Below are positions 62,074 to 64,000 of a DNA stretch of 64,000 nt, one piece after another. The notes beneath the pieces are model-generated. The model had not been told where the DNA came from and searched no databases. It was given only the letters and a program-made list of their open reading frames with translations. The translations under genes were made by a program, and so were the position numbers. Numbering within the stretch: position 1 is the stretch's first letter; the number at the start of each line of letters is the position of its first letter. The stretch is taken from positions 65,782,001-65,846,000 of the forward strand of contig NC_086376.1 in NCBI RefSeq assembly GCF_036588685.1, given 5' to 3'. The DNA is from Mytilus trossulus (Eukaryota).

Positions 62074-63376
62074 ATGACAGACGACGTGCTTAACCTTGAA
62101 GTTTGGAAAGGAAACTGGGATTTACCATCAGTTGACAATGAGTGTCTTACAGTTTGGGTAAGCAAGTAGTTAATTGCTCCACCTTCTGTTTAACAACTTT
62201 GAAATAAGTCGAAACAAACCCTTGCAGTATTTGTGTATTAACACAAAGCAGATTTGCAATTCTTGAACACATGTGTGAAATTATTTGTGTTTCACTGTGT
62301 AAGCTTGCTTACACTGACAAGTTGATTTATATTAGTGAGTTACCATTTGATTTTTAGGGGGGGGGGGGGGGGGGGGGCTAGGATGAAATTTGAAAAAAAA
62401 TAGGCAGGACAGGAGTTTTGAGTATAAAAAAGGCAGGATGAGACACTTGCATAAAAAAAAGTCAGGATGACAATTTATTTAAAAAAAGTCAAGATAAACT
62501 AAAAAAAACATAGCAGGACTGAAAAGAGTGAAAAATAAAAAGGCAGGACAGAGATTACAACCAAAAATAATGCAGGACAAAAATTTTCATCCTAGCCGCA
62601 CCCATAAAAATCAAATGGTAGCTCCCTTAGCTGGCAAAGCTTCATGACTTCTTTATATTAGTTTTTAGAGCAGTTGCACATGTGTCAGAGGTTCTAGGTT
62701 CAGTAGACTTTTATGATGGCTTATTGTTATTTAGAAATCTGCGACACTTGACCTGAGAATCTGCAACACCTGAACTAATGACATCATACAACAATCACTT
62801 AATGGATCAGAAATTTTCAATATTTTTCGGAAACTTTTGTGATGTCTAGTAATGGCATACAAATAGCATTTACAATATATTCTCAACTGCCTGGTACAGT
62901 GGTACAAATGTACGAAGTAAAAACTTATGGGTTCCATGATGTTCCAGTCCAAGTAATAATTTACAGCCCCCAATAGTTTAAGCAGATGCAACCCCTACTA
63001 GAAATGATAATCATACAGGTTAATTGCGATTCATTATACTTTGTATTAAAAATGATTAATATAGTAATGAATGAGTTTTGATATATATATGATAAAGATT
63101 ACCGGTACATGAATGAATAAATACTTTATTTGCAAGAAGCATATACATGCTATGGCAAAGGTAAATATTAATAATGTTTGACAAACAAAAGAAATAGAAA
63201 ATATGAAAAAAAGGTGTCTTTTTTTGTAAGTCATGAATGAATGTGTTGTGAGTTTCATTAATTCATCAGTAAATTTAAAGGCCTTTCTTTTTATTTTCAG
63301 GCATATTGTAAATTTTCTGGTCTTCCAACTAAAGTACAGAAAAGTCATCAGACAAATTTATTTCAGTCATCACTAG
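62074..63376 (+). CDS. MTX1: Metaxin-1/3-like mitochondrial outer membrane SAM-associated protein, first two exons (62074-62157, 63301-63376); gene continues beyond the window
   Basis: MTDDVLNLEVWKGNWDLPSVDNECLTVW|AYCKFSGLPTKVQKSHQTNLFQSSLG matches the metaxin-1 N-terminus ([30 protein letters not shown]). GT-AG boundaries. MTX1 versus MTX3 cannot be resolved in an invertebrate. Confidence 0.88.
62335..62626. mobile_element. PIF/Harbinger-like MITE with internal AAAAAGGCAGGA repeats and a G21 tract, in metaxin intron 1
   Basis: TIR GAG(T/C)TACCATTTGATTTTTA; TTA TSD on both sides. Confidence 0.65.
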
Positions 63377-64000
63377 GTTTGTTAGAAGTTACAAATTATA
63401 CATAGTATTTGTATAAAGATGATATGAGTTACAATGTATGATGTAGTTAATGTGACTTTATTGAAATCTGTATATTTTGTACAATCAAAGTATATTACTT
63501 TTTTTTTCTGTCTTTTAAAATTTCTATGTGTCTCTTTTTATTGTATTTTATGATCGGGTTTTGAAAGAAGATTTTTTTCTTCATTATTTTTCTGATTGCA
63601 TTCTATCAATTTTATGCAAAATCTTTGTAAGCATTTCAGGCTCCTTAATTGTTTGTTATTGTTACAGAGGAGATAGATAACAAGCAAAGGGCAAACCTAA
63701 ACATGATCTTAACCTCAATTTCAAGATATGTACCAAAAAATATCAAATAAAAAAATTCTATGTCTAAATGACAAATGGTTTATGTTATATCAATAATGAG
63801 CATACCCTATTTAGTGTAGAAGGGGAGATAACAACTGTAAGAAGTCAAATTTGATAAAATTAATGATTTCAACAATAAAAAAAAAGTTGTTTATATATTA
63901 AAGTTTTGAAAGGGAGATGCAATAACATGAAAAGCATTGTTCTCGGAGATGTTTAGAAAAAAGGTTCTGTTCTATGGTCATTGTCGAAAATATATAATAT

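Noticed and set aside
62357-62377. G21 tract as a functional G-quadruplex
   Set aside because: It lies inside a MITE; homopolymer length is unreliable and there is no evidence of function.

Overview
AT-rich eukaryotic genomic DNA with spliced genes. The repeat families (hammerhead retrozyme, Penelope-like RT fragments, HINE-like elements) and the intronless TRIM gene suggest a bivalve mollusc, probably Mytilus; this is an inference. Five genes were reconstructed by hand from GT-AG exon chains: IER3IP1 (+, 3 exons, 80 aa); an intronless RING/B-box/coiled-coil/beta-propeller TRIM E3 ligase (-, 674 aa); a voltage-sensor-only Hv/TMEM266-like membrane protein whose voltage-sensor exons the ORF track misses (+, at least 9 exons, N-terminus unresolved); ADP-dependent glucokinase ADPGK (-, 5 exons, 479 aa); and the first two exons of a metaxin (MTX1/3-like) gene, head-to-head with ADPGK. 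The rest is dense in decayed mobile DNA: Penelope-like and CR1/L2-type LINE fragments, P-, Kolobok-, Mutator-, Harbinger- and Sola-like MITEs, and two retrozyme copies. Most notable: (1) the voltage-sensor protein keeps the Hv selectivity Asp but has a non-canonical S4 (RLLRIPK); (2) several 125-170 bp fold-back elements with unrelated arms share a GC-GNA-GC mini-hairpin apex with tandem G.A pairs that can form on only one DNA strand; (3) an intact hammerhead retrozyme monomer is inserted in a Penelope-like RT; (4) a 30-bp palindrome looks like a P-element excision footprint.
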